From NCBI GenBank assembly GCA_001938485.1, contig MQRK01216652.1, forward strand, positions 1-60,857: 60,857 bases of DNA, given 5' to 3'. Below, one piece after another: positions 1 through 13,960 of this stretch (the first letter of the stretch is position 1; every line of letters begins with the position of its first letter). The stretch is from Girardia tigrina. Lineage: Eukaryota. The notes under the pieces were generated by a model. It saw only the letters and a list, made by a program, of their open reading frames with translations. It was not told the DNA's origin and ran no database searches. A program made the position numbers and the translations under genes.

Positions 1-1199
1 TCAAGTTAGTTCAGATTGTATTAAGAGATATTGAAAAATTGATCGATGGAATCTAGTGAAAGCCTTACTGTTAATCATCATAAAGATGATAAAAATTGTG
101 AATATAATAAATGTTCTGACAAATGTGTGAGTTCTCTTAACAATATATATATATATATAAATTCACTTAATCAATTTAATAATTTGTAAACAGGTGTGAC
201 AATCAACACATGTTATTTGTAGCCATCGTAGCATAAAGGGTGACTATGCTCCCCTGTCGCAAAAGAAACTGAAGCAAGCTAAACTAACCGCTGTTCTTCA
301 GAAATCATGTTCTCCTAATTTTATTTTATCTAAAATTCCAGTGACTATCTTGCAAAGTTACTCTGTGTCGTTCCCTTCACATCCGTCTCCAATCATTTCA
401 CCGTACTCCTAAAACCTTGATTTAACTGTTCCTCGAACCGTGAATATGAAAGATTATCCTACAGTTTGGATCAAGAAGCTATACGAGAAATAGGTGGCAA
501 AATACATTTTCTTATTGTGTCGTCAGGGTAAATTAGGATTTCGCACCTATGCTGAAGCCAAATCAGTTGTCAGACCTGCTCGAGGAGTACATTTGTCAGA
601 ACAGTGGATTGACATTGAGATAGGATTAAAACAGCAAAGAAGCTTATTAAGAACACCAACATGGATTTTCGAACTTTTATTTTCAATAAAGTTAGAATTG
701 TCTTTTGGACAACTCTCAGCAAAACTTTCGTAATTCAACATCGTTCTAAATTGATAAATTTTAGTTAATGTTTGTTAATAAACAAATTTTTCATTATTTT
801 CAGATTTTATTTTTAAAGTTCCAATTTTGTAATTTTAATAATAATTCTATTTACATATTAATTGTATTTAAAAAATGATTTTATGGAAAGAAAGAGCATT
901 TATTTAATTCAAAACTTAGTTAAAACTATTTACTTTATTTAAATTTTATTATGAAAATTTGAAACGATTTAATATTTTTAAAGTTTTAAAATATTTTATG
1001 TTGTACTTTAAAATGAAAATTATACTTGAATAATTATTTATCGTGAACATCTAAAATATCAATTTCCACCTGGGTGGAAGAAACACATTTCCAAATACTA
1101 AACTCAACATACAAAATTCAACAAACCAATTTCAACATACCAAATTTAAAATATTCCTCACAAAGCTAAAAGAAAAATTTTATCAACATGCAGTTACCG

Positions 1200-2440
1200 A
1201 CTCTCACATGGCAGTTGAAATATTTTGAGCTTACGTTCTCAAGAAATACTGCCAACTTCTTCTGTTGATCAACAAACCCAACTTTTCTAAGAAACTATTA
1301 AGATCTTTAGAACAGCATACCTAATAGCAAAATCAGATCTTTCTGACAAAGCTCATGAGCAGATTACTTTGCTACTGGAAGTCAATAGAATAGACATTGG
1401 CATTATACACCGTTCTAATCATTGTTGCGCCAATATTTTGAAATTGATTGCATCCTCTATGAGAAAATCGCGATGCAAACGTATTTCTAATGATATTCGT
1501 TTTGTGTCACTGATTTTGGATGAAGCAACGCTCTTTACATCTTTGGTAATCATCATATACCTTCGTGAAAGCTTGCTGTATACAGGTGATAGTGTTGATC
1601 TTGGTGTCGCAATATATTTCTGAGCTTAGTAGAAGCCAAAGATGTACCCACAGCTAGTGGAATCATCTCTTCAGTTGAGAAAGAGTTGACAGAATGTGAA
1701 AAACGCCAGAATATTTGCAAAGGGCTTTAGTAGGCATTTGCACCGATGACTGGAGAAGACAACGGTGTTGACATGATTGAGCGTTTTCATCGTGTCGCTC
1801 CCAAACTGGAATGTGCTATCGGGGATTCATTGAAGAGCGTTACGTCAACTAATCATTTTAAAATTCTATCCGATCTCTGCAACCAACTTCCTAAAAACCA
1901 GAGGGAACTATCACAAATGGCAGTTTCTACAATCTATGATCGACAGCATTCGGCGGTACTTTCTAGAGCATGGAGATTCTCTCGTAAAGTTTTTACAGAT
2001 TTTAGAGCCGGCTTCTGATGAAAGAGTGATGTTTGATGACTTAAAATCTTGCAAATGACTAGAAAGCTAGGATTAAACAGTCGAAATGTTGTGGAGCAAT
2101 TCAGAAAATTTGAAGAAACCAACGGAAAGAATCCAAAACCAGAACTTGATCTTCATCTCGCTGCTGTAGAAACTTATCCTGTATCCTCTGCGGTGTGTGA
2201 TATAGGATTTTCCTCCATGAATAATATAGCAACCAAAAAAGTGGAATTCACTTCAGACGACAAACATATCAGACTTGATATTTACTAAGTTAAATGGACC
2301 TCCATTAGCGTCCTTTTATCCAGTTCGATTCGATGATAAATGGGTGAGGGCGGTTCATCGCCAATTTACATCCTGGAAACCAGGAAATTCTGTATCTTCT
2401 GATTCAAAGCGGAGGCGAATTATTCATTCTATAACTATTC
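1200..2440 (+). mobile_element. Degraded hAT-superfamily transposase (KIAA1586/ZNF862-like)
   Basis: Frameshifted fragments LLEVNRIDIGIIHRSNHCCANILKLIASSM..VSLILDEATL, LECAIGDSLKSV and a hAT C-terminal dimerisation-like VETYPVSSAVCDIGFSSMNNI; ends not defined. Confidence 0.75.
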
Positions 2441-4189
2441 CATGAATTGTCATTTTATGTCAACTCAAAAAAAAAACATATAGTGATAGTTATAGATAGA
2501 TATTTGAGATAAAATTGTTAAAAAAACTTTTTTTTAATTTAAAATTAAAAAATATATTTGTATTTAGAAAAATTAGTTATTATGTAAAAAATAAACAAAT
2601 TGATTGTAGAAAAAAATTGAAATTGCTTTGCTATTTTCAATTGGCGAAATTTGTTTCAGGGTTTCGTTGATGTTAGTTTTTTTTTGGAAGAACACTTGAA
2701 ATTTTTATTAGAAATAAAATTGGGAAAATTAATTGGGAAATAATGGATTTTTAAATAATTGATTTAAAAGAAATATATAAAGACAAGGATAATTATGTTT
2801 GTACTAATTTTAAGTTATTCTAAAAAATAAAATTTTGGTATTAATGAATCTTAATTTCGAGCAAGAACCCAACAACCAATCTACAGGATCGATTTGTTCT
2901 AGAATTACTGAGTCTTCTTCCATTTCAGTACAAAATTTCAGGATTCACAGAAGAGAGGCTCGTGAAATTTTAAGTTTCAAAGTGGCTCTTCGGTGGACTT
3001 AATCGGAATCTTAACAAATGTTTCAGTCACAAGTTTCTTATTATCTTTTGTTCTAATTTCCCAATTAATTAAAGGACCTTATTTTCTCTATATTATTTAT
3101 ATTTTTGTGGCCGCACAACTATACAGTCAATGGTAACTATAAGGCCTAAAACGCTTATTTCAAAGATTAGGTTGATTATAGAAATTTTCACCAATCAATA
3201 TCAGAAAATTGAGGTGATTTCCATCTTCCTTAATTTTAAAGGAGTATTTCGAGCACTGGTAGTAAAAATAAAATAATAAATAACATAAATATTTATTTGT
3301 TATCTCTACAAAACATAAGTCTACTCTTGGGTGAATAAGAACTTGTGTAGCATACGTTACACCTCATCGTACCTTTTGAGTGTTGTTTCATCTTATTTTT
3401 CTGAGCATTGTTGATTTGTGTTCTGAGTATCGTATTATGCAGTTATCTTTCATTTAAAAGTACGCGCACAGGTTTGAGAAATTTTCACTATTCTTAAAAT
3501 TATTAAGACGGTTTTAATCTACGTGAGATTTATCGATTTTTATGAACTTACTCCTAATGGAAGAAGATCATTAGTTATTAGAAGTAAATCATTATCCAAG
3601 AATTTGTATTGCATCAAACTATATTTTTCGAGATATTACTGGAACTCCTTTACGAGTTTATTAATGTTGGAAGAAATTATTGTTCGATATTCGTATATTT
3701 CATTATTTATTCCGCTGAATTTGATATCTTTTAACCTTCATTGAGGATTTTTCTAACCCAATTGTAGTTGGTAAAGTCACACACCTCTAATCCAGATCTT
3801 TCTAAAATGAATTTCTTCACTTCTCGGCATCGTTATGATCCTGTTAAAAAGTTCCAAACGCTTTTTCGATACAAATTTACTTAGTGATATTTTCAACAAT
3901 ATCTTGAAGAAAATAAAATAACTCCAAAAACTTAATTCATGGCCTATATTGAACTCTCAGTCCTCGTTGCTGAGAGCTTTCTTGTCAAAGTGAATGGATT
4001 TTGATGAACAAATTTGTTAATTTTTCTGATGTTTTCTTCAGTCACGAAAGTCTTTTATGCTGATTTCATTCTCTCAATGTTATCTAAGACGCTTTTTATA
4101 TTACAAACTAGTTGTAGGTTCTAGTTTAAATTAGGAAATGACTAGGTAATGATGAATAATTAGTAAACTTGTCTCTTAACAGTTGAAGA

Positions 4190-5620
4190 ACTCTGTTCAC
4201 TAGTTTAAAAATTACCTCTTTCCGGTGAAAAACCAAACTTCCAAGGGTCAAACCTTTATTCCATCACCAGCGTCATTCTATTTACAATTTTTCGGGCAAA
4301 AACTTGGCCGGGGAAAATCCGTCTATAATTATTCTGATTAGACCTTACACTCTTTCTCTTGAATAGTGTTACTACTTTTGCACTACTGCAAACCGTTGGA
4401 ACTAATGATAATCCCCGTTCCAAATGTGATAATGACAATCCCCGAAATTCATGGAAGAATTCAAAAATCCCCGCCCAATTTTGAAATCTCCACAATTACC
4501 CCATTTGAGTCGGGTACCTTCCCATTACTCATTTTTGATATGGTAAGCCGTACTTCTTCTGTGTTCGGTGGATCTATATCGATACAACATTCCTCAGGGA
4601 ATTTAGTCATATCCGCAAACTCAATAATTGACCACGCTTCGAAGAGCTTCTGATAATGATTTGCCATCTGATATTAGAGACTGCTGACACTGGCGTAAAA
4701 AGCGTATGCATTTTCGTCTCTGGATTGCCCGGCATACGTAATTCTAGATACACCACACCTTTCGTCTTGAAGCTTCCATCATTTAAACTTTGTTCAATCT
4801 CATTACTGAGATTGATAAGTCTTTCTCGCTTCCATTTACAAATGGAATTGATTACTTTGTTTTGTGCGGCTCTCCAGCTCTGCAAATTTTCTTAGGAAGG
4901 GTGCAATATCATTTTTTTTCTGGTGACTCCTTTCGTTTTTGAGATGACTTAATTCAGTTTTGTGCTTATTTAAACAGATTCCTTTAAAGGTGTCATTTTG
5001 ATCTTCTAGTACTTTTCCAGCAGTGATTTAACAACTTTCATTGTGTTTTCCCATCCTGGTCCTGCTTCCTTAATATTTCGATGAAGCTCGGAAGACAAAT
5101 TTTCACGGTCTAGAGTTACAAGATCTCCCTGAATGCTTTAGGCGATTCATTTTCGGCTTCCATTTCGTACCAGCCGTCTTATAACCTTTTGATGTTAGAT
5201 TAAGACTACGCATTCGTAATCGATCCACAGTCAAAAAGATGCTTAGATTGTATATTTTTAATCTTGTTCATGTTTTCTGAACCGACAAGAAAGTAATCCA
5301 GCTGGTGCTATTTGGTAAAAAGAAGTTGACTACCTTCATATATTTCTCTTCAGCTCGTAATACTAACCTTTCTCCATTATTCGATATGATGCATATTTTT
5401 AGTGTCCCTCAAACTACCAACATGCATCCGGACTATCTGCCTTTGCTTTTCCAACCACAATGTTTAGAGAGTCATAGAATGTGGTTTTCTCGCTGTTACT
5501 GTATCCATAGTCAGTAGCAGAGTGCACTCCTACGATAATTATTCTGAAGGTAATGATTATCACTTTGAAAATTTGATCCGAGAAGGCCTAAAACTCGATA
5601 TCACCTTTAAGTAGTTTGGT
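4190..5620 (-). mobile_element. Degraded non-LTR retrotransposon (RTE-like LINE, endonuclease plus start of RT)
   Basis: HQLDYFLV (AP endonuclease end) near 5300; PPNTEEVRLTISKMSNGKVPDSNGVIVEISKLGG, KVVTLFKRKS..NNYRRI..VFARKIVNRM and FGFSPERG (RT N-terminal motifs). Confidence 0.85.
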
Positions 5621-6069
5621 TAATAAACCTGTGAGGAATATTTTGAATGTTTGATGTTTTGTTTTTGAATGTTGTATGTTGATTTGGAATTGTATCTCTC
5701 CTACCCAGATGGATGATTAATATTTGAATTCTTATTATCTAAAAATATGTAATGTTTCAATTTGTTTTTAATTTCAAATAATAATAAAATTTTAAATAAT
5801 TTAATTAATTTTTACAATTTTTAATAAATAAATCAAATTAATATTTTTAAATAATTAATAATCATTTTAATTTTTATCCAAGAAGTTTAGAGTAAATATT
5901 TTAATAAATTATTTATTTCGCCGTTTGCTAAAAATATTGAGAATTAATTCATAAATCAATTTAGTTTAGAATGCAATCTTACTAAAAGTTTGACAAAGAT
6001 TGTCTTAAGGACAATCCAAATTGTTATGTAAATAAAAATATAAAAAGTCAAATCGGCGTTCTTAATAAA

Positions 6070-6520
6070 ACCAACTCCTTTATCCCAAATTTGTCTCTTT
6101 GTGGCCCACTGTTGTAAATGATCTGCTTTACATAATTCTCAGTTTCGACGCCAAATTTGTGCTTTTCTGCTAGACTTTCTGATCGTCGAAATCTCGAACA
6201 TTCCCTGTACAAACCTTTTTCAAACCCAACCGCGAATCTCGCCTAAGAGGACATAATTCCGATCTCCACTTAGCGTAAGATCCTATTATTATACGAGCAA
6301 TCCAAGTATTCTCTGTGTTGTCTATATGTTTAGCAACATCAGTGATTAAGGTGCCTACTTAGGGATTGCTAGTCCTAGCTGAGAGCAACCCCTCTCAAAT
6401 TTAGTTGGGTATCAAGAATCGCGACGAGGACACATCGAGACAGTGAAAATATGAATCCATACGGATGTAATATCTATGATCCCTCAATGTTCTCCCTAAA
6501 AAATTACTCCATTTTGTGCA
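6070..6520 (-). pseudogene. Decayed orphan ORF island carrying the shared motif
   Basis: One frame with a few stops contains VGTLITDVAKHIDNTENTWIARII (6299-6358), which aligns ungapped to YRSMVTELDRHTEAIKPTRIS at 55069-55128. Confidence 0.45.
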
Positions 6521-8871
6521 TTTTAAAAATTTATATTATTTTTATAAAGATCTTGAATTGTAGTTTTTTAATTTCATATTTATCGTTAATTTAATTGGAT
6601 TTCAAAATAAAAATTTTTACTTATGTGAATCGATTGCTATCACTATCGAGATTAAAATCAAATTTCATTAACATTTGATATTTATCTAATTTATTAATTA
6701 ATACCACACAAAATAATTAAAAAAATATTTAATGAATATAGAAAATTATTTCTTTTATTAAATTTCAGTAAAACATATTTTATGTGGCTACAATACTATT
6801 TCAAGGTTCTATTGAACTATATTCGTAGGACCACTTCTGTACTCGCAGTATTTTGTTTAATCTTAGACCGAAAGAATTTTTTTAAAAATAGGAAGGAGTA
6901 AAGTTTTCTTTTCATGCATTTTAGACACCTAAAATACGTTTGAAAAGCCGAATAAAAATATATTGTCAAGGTAAACATTTTAAATGACCTAGAGAAAATA
7001 AGTATTTGTTTAAATTCATGAATTTGTGTCGAAATTCAAATATGACGTCAAACATTTAAATGGTGAGTTTTTGTATCAATTATTTTCTTTCATTTCACTC
7101 CATTTTAATTAAATTTTTTTATTTCCATTAGATATAGTTTTAGAATTGGTTTTTTTGGAATTTAAATTATTTTATAAATTACATTTTTATTTTATTATTA
7201 TGATTTTTATTGTGAGTTTTTGTGATAAATTCAACAGTCGTTTTCATTTAGTAGAAAGATAACCTTTATGACTGTTAAAAAATAAGCTGAACCCCAATTA
7301 TTCAATATACTCTTTTAAACAGTGAAGACAAGTTAGTAGAGACTTATATAAATTAAATTATGATGTTCTTCCATCAAAATCGTAAATGTTGCAATCAATT
7401 TCGTAATCATTAAAATTGTTTTCTATGCTATATTATATTAACTCTAAATTAAATTCCAACGAATTTATACAACAGTTAATTAACCCTATAATTGTAGAGT
7501 GATATAAGGCATTAAAAATTGCATTAAAATTATATAAATTAAAAAATAAGAATGTTGTCAATCAAAATTTATTTATAAAACTTTCAAAATTTTTATTCAT
7601 CTCTGTTCAATGATCTTGTGATGAATCCCAACATTTTCCTATAAAATGAGTCGGATCGTTCATGTAATTCTTTGGTTCCTACTGCAAGTCGCTGGTTGCT
7701 GCCTCTTGGGATCATTGTAAAAGTGATATTTGGACACCTGAGCTTATTACTGTGATCGTTGTCTGATATGTTTATGTTTTGGCTTGTAGGTTCTTGTTGA
7801 TGATTATTATTTAACATATTTGGGTTTACTCGTGTTTTTATTAAAGGAACAAACAAAAGATTGAGATAATTTTATAAAAATTCATTTATATTTATTTACA
7901 AAAATTACAAATAAGTGATTTGAGAGAAATGTTGGCTCTTGACCTATTTTGCGTTTTAGATCCCGAGAATCTTCCGACTACTCGTATGTTTATGTGTATT
8001 TAGAAATCGGACTATACTTTACAGTATAGTATATAAAATATACGATTATTTAATATATATTGTGGAAATTATTATGTAGTTAATAATCTCCACTAAATAT
8101 AACAAATTATAAATGATAAGCACTATATGAGTGTATTCAAGAATCGATTAACTTATGAAGATTATTGGATATACTATTATTTAATGATAAAAATAAAAAA
8201 ATGAATAAATAGGATATAATAAATTCAATTATTTAAATAATTAGGAAATTTAACTGACGGAAAAAATGATGTTCAGGATCACAAACAGAACAAGAAAGGA
8301 GTCAATTAAGGATGAAATAACAATTAAGTTACTTTTGAATGTCGATAGTTCAGGAACACAATTATATAGCAGGAACCACGACTGGATAGGTAGAGATAGT
8401 AAATTCTAGAGGTTGTTCTTATTTGATTGTATTCTCTCGAAGAATTGAAATTTTGAATTTATTGGAGGGAAAGTTTGTTGGTTGATTGAGGAGAAATGTA
8501 TGTTCAAAAGTTGAGAATGTTAATTCTTTACACGATTCGATTAGAGAGACAATAGATCAAAATTCTGTCTCTAATTCTGAATAACCCACTGAGGTAAAAC
8601 AATATCAATATTCTGATTTCGGATTTTGTTGAGCAAAAAAGAAAAACATAGTTCACAAGATTAACAGGTAAGTCAGATTAATAAATATAATTTCTTTTAA
8701 ATCAATGAAATTGTGATTGATTTTTTTTAAAATATATAATAATAATTTAACTACGATATATAATAATGATAATAAAAATAAAAAATATAAATAGCAAATA
8801 ATAATACATAATAATAAATAATACAAATATAAAAATACGAATATATATATTCAAATAAATTAGTAAGAGGA

Positions 8872-8873
<2 letters not shown>

Positions 8874-8908
<35 letters not shown>
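8874..8908. repeat. (TA)n microsatellite; others at about 23859-23901, 53333-53353, 57969-58012 and 60840-60857
   Basis: Direct observation. Confidence 0.95.
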
Positions 8909-8911
<3 letters not shown>

Positions 8912-9402
8912 TATATTAATTATCCTCGTTATTTGTTCAATTTTAGCTTTACAACTATATCAAAATTTTAAAATTATTTTTCTATTTTGTTTTCGTCTTT
9001 TATATACTAAATCAGATCGGATGTTTATTCGAGATCAATTATGTTGATCTCATTAAGTTTTTAATAATTGATAAATAATTGAACTTTTATAATAATAATT
9101 TTTCTTTCCTTTATATATTCCTTCTTCCTTATCATTCCTTTTATTTATTATTTTTATTTGTTTATTTATTATTTTTTTTAAATAATTTTAACTTTTGTTC
9201 TTTTTTTACCTTTTTTAGTCTTGTTATTTTAATCACTTATTTATATAGAAAATATAATTTTATCTTTTCTTATCATAAATATTGCATTTGTGAGAATATA
9301 AATACACCCATTCTCATTTATTTATACCACAAAGGCATATATGACAAAAATATGTATTAATTATCGATATCGAATTAAATCTGTGATTATATAAATTGAA
9401 AA

Positions 9403-9960
9403 TATGACAAAAGAATGAAGCAACAGCGTTCTCAATTGCTCGCTCTGCATAATGCGTAAATGTGAACTGGGACGCTCTTGAAAATGCAATTTAGATTCCG
9501 AGATTTCCGATGTTCACGACAAAAACATTCATCAAGAAGTCAGACATTATCAACACGGATTTAGCTGCATCGAAACCGCGACTCATTAATCACTACAGAA
9601 TCATGTCGGAATTTCCTCACGGAATCCACTTTGACTCGTTAAAGAGACTTTGGAGTTTTGTGTTGGGGGTGCCAGATATTGACGAGTCGCGTTTAGATTT
9701 TAAAATACCAATTTGGTAAAGGAAAAGATTACGTTTTGAAGTTTTGTTCAAAGAAACATATCTATGTTATTTGTTTGAGATAAAAAGGGGGCGATGTAAG
9801 AAAGCTCAAAACAAAGTACAAAAAAATGAAAAACTGAATGAAATCGGAGCATCTTCATCGATCATTCCAGACGACAGTCGAATTCCAATCTCACTCGAAT
9901 TCGACCGATAACTCGCTTCTGCGAACGATCAACAAATTTCTATCGGAAAATGGATATAAT
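9403..9960 (+). pseudogene. Decayed orphan ORF island carrying the shared motif
   Basis: Long frame with scattered stops (VNWDALENAI*IPRFPMFTTKTF...KIPIW*RKRLRFE...) ending in DSRIPISLEFDR*LASANDQQIS (9876-9940). Confidence 0.45.
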
Positions 9961-10513
9961 TTTCCAGTTTATTCATGACAAAAGATTTGTACTCAAAGAA
10001 AATGAAACAGTTCAAATAAATTTGTCAAAATTTCAATGTCAGAATTTGGAATTTTCTACGAATTCTTGAGAAAAAGAACAAAAAAGAAAACAGAAAAAAT
10101 AATCAAATTTTATTCTGATGTAGAAACACCAAATTGACTTAACAAATGATTGAAGAAAAAATAACATTTGCATGATGTTTGATAAATGTAAAAAAATAAT
10201 TATTTATTATAATTAATTGTTATTGAGTTTGGGAGAAAAAATTGGAAATAATTATTGTGATTATTTTATTAGAAAAAAATGTAAATTTCCGATTGTTAAA
10301 AATCGGTTGTTTGTACAGTGATCACAGTTTTTTTAAATGAAATTATATTTGCATGTAAAAATTAATTATGATAAAATCGATTTGTGATGATGTTTACTGT
10401 CGCGGAAATTGTGATCGATATGAATAAATAAATATTATGAGATCATTTTTCTTGATATTCAAAAATTGGTTTAATTCGTTTGTTTAATTCTCCGTTTTAT
10501 AAATTTCATCGAC

Positions 10514-10960
10514 ATGTCAGTTCCGAACGTTATTTATAACGTTAATGTAAAATCCAAATTCGAATTGTTCCTCAATGACGAATTATGCGAAACGGGACCC
10601 AACGAATTAGTAAAAAAATCAACGAAGACAAAAAACGAAAAGAAGTCGCCGAAAAAGAGGCGAATGTCATCAAACAAAAAGAAATTCTTTTGTTCCGAAG
10701 TTATATCGCATTGCAAAACTATCGAGTTCCAATCGATGAGATCGATCCATCGAACTCGTCTACAGAATTATCGACTGAGATTATTGGCGCAATATTTCTC
10801 TGATCCCAATAAACGACCTCAGGTGCTCCAAGAAATGAGAGTCGGTGAGCTTCGAATTGTGAGCCCCCCGCGACCCGACGCTCACCCCCCATCACCGACA
10901 CACCGCAGCCACCACGCTGCGCCCGCTCTCGCACAACCATTATTATTAAATAAAATTTAA
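10514..10960 (+). CDS. Intronless orphan ORF: SERBP1/HABP4-like N-terminal motif, shared motif and Pro/His-rich tail; probably carries two compensating frameshifts
   Basis: IYNVNVKSKFELFLNDELCETGPNEL resembles the SERBP1/Vig N-terminus (V.N.F.LF.DD..DP). The overlapping frame gives LLFRSYIALQNYRVPIDEIDP. Paralogous to 17440-17850. AATAAA near the stop. Confidence 0.55.
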   Translation: MSVPNVIYNVNVKSKFELFLNDELCETGPNELVKKSTKTKNEKKSPKKRRMSSNKKKFFCSEVISHCKTIEFQSMRSIHRTRLQNYRLRLLAQYFSDPNKRPQVLQEMRVGELRIVSPPRPDAHPPSPTHRSHHAAPALAQPLLLNKI

Positions 10961-11008
10961 GGAATATTTGCTTTTTATTGCCTGATTTTGTTTATTTTGT
11001 ATATAAAG

Positions 11009-11318
11009 ATCTTATGCATGAATTTAATGATCTTAGAAAAACAATAAGGAGTATTCCTTGACCATCAGAATTGGTTTATGGAAATTATGTGTGATTTACT
11101 GTCTACTGATCCTACGGATCTTGAAACACTCGACGATAAATCAAAAAGTAGATGAGTATAGAATTCTAAGGAATATTTTTATGCTTATGAAACCGATATA
11201 ATGAAGCGTTTTCAGATAAATTTCCATTTCGTCTTATCATTCGTGCACATAAAGTCCTAGTGACAGATGTGCACTATCTTAGGGATAATATTTCCCACAT
11301 CCATTTGTGATGCAGTAA
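11009..11318 (+). pseudogene. PPP-family (PP1-like) Ser/Thr phosphatase fragment
   Basis: IRSIP*PSELVYG/IMCDLLSTDP...YFYAYETDIMKRF/SDKFPFRLIIRAHKV versus PP1 [24 protein letters not shown]...DLICRAHQV; two frameshifts and stops; preceded by a possible AG acceptor. Confidence 0.75.
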
Positions 11319-11828
11319 TCTTTAAGCTACTAGTATCTGGCTATTTTGCGTTATTTTTTTAAAATGTGGGAGCAAATGCTTATGAATATATTTTAATGCA
11401 GCAAAATTATGTTTGTATACTGGTGTGTATGATGTTTTGACAATGCATTGTAGGTATGTATTGCAAATGCATGCATTTTTTGTCTGTGTGCAAATTATTT
11501 TTATATTTTGTTGACATTTACAAATCATGTATGATCTATATAAATGCATACAAGGTCGATTCTAATTGGTAACTTAATTTTTTTTAAATTTTAAATATAT
11601 TTTGATATACAGGAATATATCCAAATGCCTACACGACATATTTAAATGAGAACAGGTGTATTATTAAATATTTTATTAATTCGAATAAATTACATAAGAT
11701 ATAAATTTTACAATATATACCTCAACAAACATAGGATTAAATTATTTTTTATAAATATTTTAATTTATAAATTAAAAAATTTTTTTTAACTATATTTAGT
11801 TAACGATTACGAAATTGATCGAGAAAAC

Positions 11829-12476
11829 CTATAATAAAAGTAATTTACAAATGAGGTAATGTCCAATTAATTTTATTGAAATAATCTTATCTTGGAAATT
11901 TCTGATGATAAATAAATCGAGGTCTGGTTTGTTTCTTGAATAAATAGATGGTTGAAGGGTAGACTCTGGGTCGGTGGATAAAGAAAATCTCATCTCACTC
12001 GACAGACTCGCCGCTCCTCGGACATTCAGTTCGCTCAGACTGCTTCTATTCGAATACGGGCTCTTGCCAATATTGAGCAATGACCATAACTTTCTCATTA
12101 CATCTTTTGGAGTACAGTTTAGGTCATGATTCGTTTGATAACAATTTTCCTGATTTGTTCCAATTAAATCTTATAGTTCGCAGTCGCACATCAATGTCCG
12201 CTGACTCTCAATTAAAAGTTTCAAAATTGAAATTTTTGTTTTTGTATTTCGAAAAATTTAAAATATCTTTCTCATTTGTTTCATTTTCTTTTTCGTTATT
12301 CTAATTGTTAATGGATCGACACTCATCATTGATTAATTTATGTAATTCTATCATCCGAAAGAAGATGTTTAATCAAACCTTTTTCCAGACACTTCTTTTT
12401 CCATAAAAAAAATATCGGAAGCGAAAATTTGAAAAAAATCGTTTTTCACAAACAAATAAGACCAGGAATTCCTTCA
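11829..12476 (-). pseudogene. Decayed chimeric ORF: F-box (FBXW-like) remnant followed by the shared motif
   Basis: Frameshifted FVCEKRFF/QIFASDI/FLWKKKCLEKGL and RLRTIRFNWNKSG resemble the FBXW7/beta-TrCP F-box end and linker; downstream KLWSLL..NRSSLSELNVRGAASLSSEM..STDP. Confidence 0.4.
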
Positions 12477-13329
12477 TTTATTTCCAAAATCATAATCATC
12501 TCATTAACTCTTTCAAATTGTACAAAAATACTGTTCACACTCTAACATCAAACAAAAAATTTTTTTAACGTCGAAAATCTTTTATTGAATCGAATAACAA
12601 TCACAAACAAGAAAAAAATATATGACTGCTCAAAATTCCAGTACAAAATGCGCCGAATTTTCAATAAATAGTTCGATTAACCAAAAACTTCAATTTAAAA
12701 AATTCGATCGTTTACAAATCCATTCAATTTTCAAAATCAAATTACGCCAAATAATTTTAAACTTATGTGATACGAATAAACAAAAAAAATTCGACCGATT
12801 TTTAATCACAAAAAATGTTTACACAATAGAAATAGATTGTTCGTTATTTGAATTGAAACTCGGTTTTATCCTTGTTTATTAAATTTGTAATCTGACTCCA
12901 AAACGACCAAAATGTTTCTTCCAACAATAATATATGAAGAATGAACACAAATCCTTTTAATAAACTTTATTTGCAAATGACAACTTGAGACAAAACTTAA
13001 ATCGAAATTTTAATAATAAATCAATATTTTGAAGCACACTAAACCAGCACAAAGCAATATCAATTTAGAACGAGCAATATCTGCAAATCAAGATTAAATT
13101 TTTCTCCTTTACAGGATACTAGATTTGTTAAGTAAACAAAAATTAAATGAAGAAAGATTACCGTAAATCATAATAAACTTTAAAGATTTCATAGGATCCG
13201 TAGGTATAATTTGTCCGTAATTTTTATTGTGACTGTGATACCTCACTTTCGTAGAATGGAGAGTGTTGGATATTTTTTTATGTATGTATTTCTTTTACTT
13301 TTACCTATTTAAGATGTACATAATTATTT

Positions 13330-13960
13330 TGTTCGTTGTGTATGACGTGTTTTTCTTTGATATTTAACAAAGCGTTATATTTTTCGGCCTGTAAATTCTA
13401 TTTAATGTTTCATGAACAATTTATTTGTTATTTTTAATGATCATGGACTTTTTCTTTGAAAACGAAAGTCGACATGCAAGAAATCAGATAATTAAGAAGA
13501 CCTAGAAGACACCATGTGGAACCTAAATATCAATCCAACTTCGATATGAATGAGACTCAAATCAATTTTGTATTCTTGTGAAATTTATGGTCAATATTAT
13601 TCACTTGATAACATAATTCGAACGAGATCTGAACATCGTCCCTCAGAGTTCGAAGAATAAAGAGATAAACTTAATGGAAAAATTATGACATCAGAAAGTA
13701 AAAGGGCGACAGTTAAGTTTATCATTTTTGTTCTCGCTCTATCTATACAGAGGTTACCTTTATCTTTGTGTTTAATTCTTGATGCAATTGGATAATACTG
13801 AGTATTCCATATTGCTATGTACAGTCGTATTCTCCAACCTTGGTGGGCTCTTCAATGGGACAATATACCTTTTGTTTAGAAGAAAAAATCTAGACCATAC
13901 TTTAGTGACGGAACCAAAAAAACATCCTTAAATCAGACTAAATCAGACTCAACAGAATAG
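13330..13960 (+). pseudogene. Degraded 7-TM receptor (cAMP-receptor/GPR157-like TM6-TM7)
   Basis: SKRATVKFIIFVLALSIQRLPLSLCLIL (TM6) then, after a frameshift, SILLCTVVFSNLGGLFNGTIYLLFRRK (TM7); upstream stops. Confidence 0.6.

Noticed and set aside
9079-9360. Hydrophobic F/L/Y-rich ORF
   Set aside because: Translation of T-rich low-complexity DNA
9510-9719. Possible TBC/Rab-GAP fragment (IINTDLAAS.P)
   Set aside because: No other TBC motifs in the expected order
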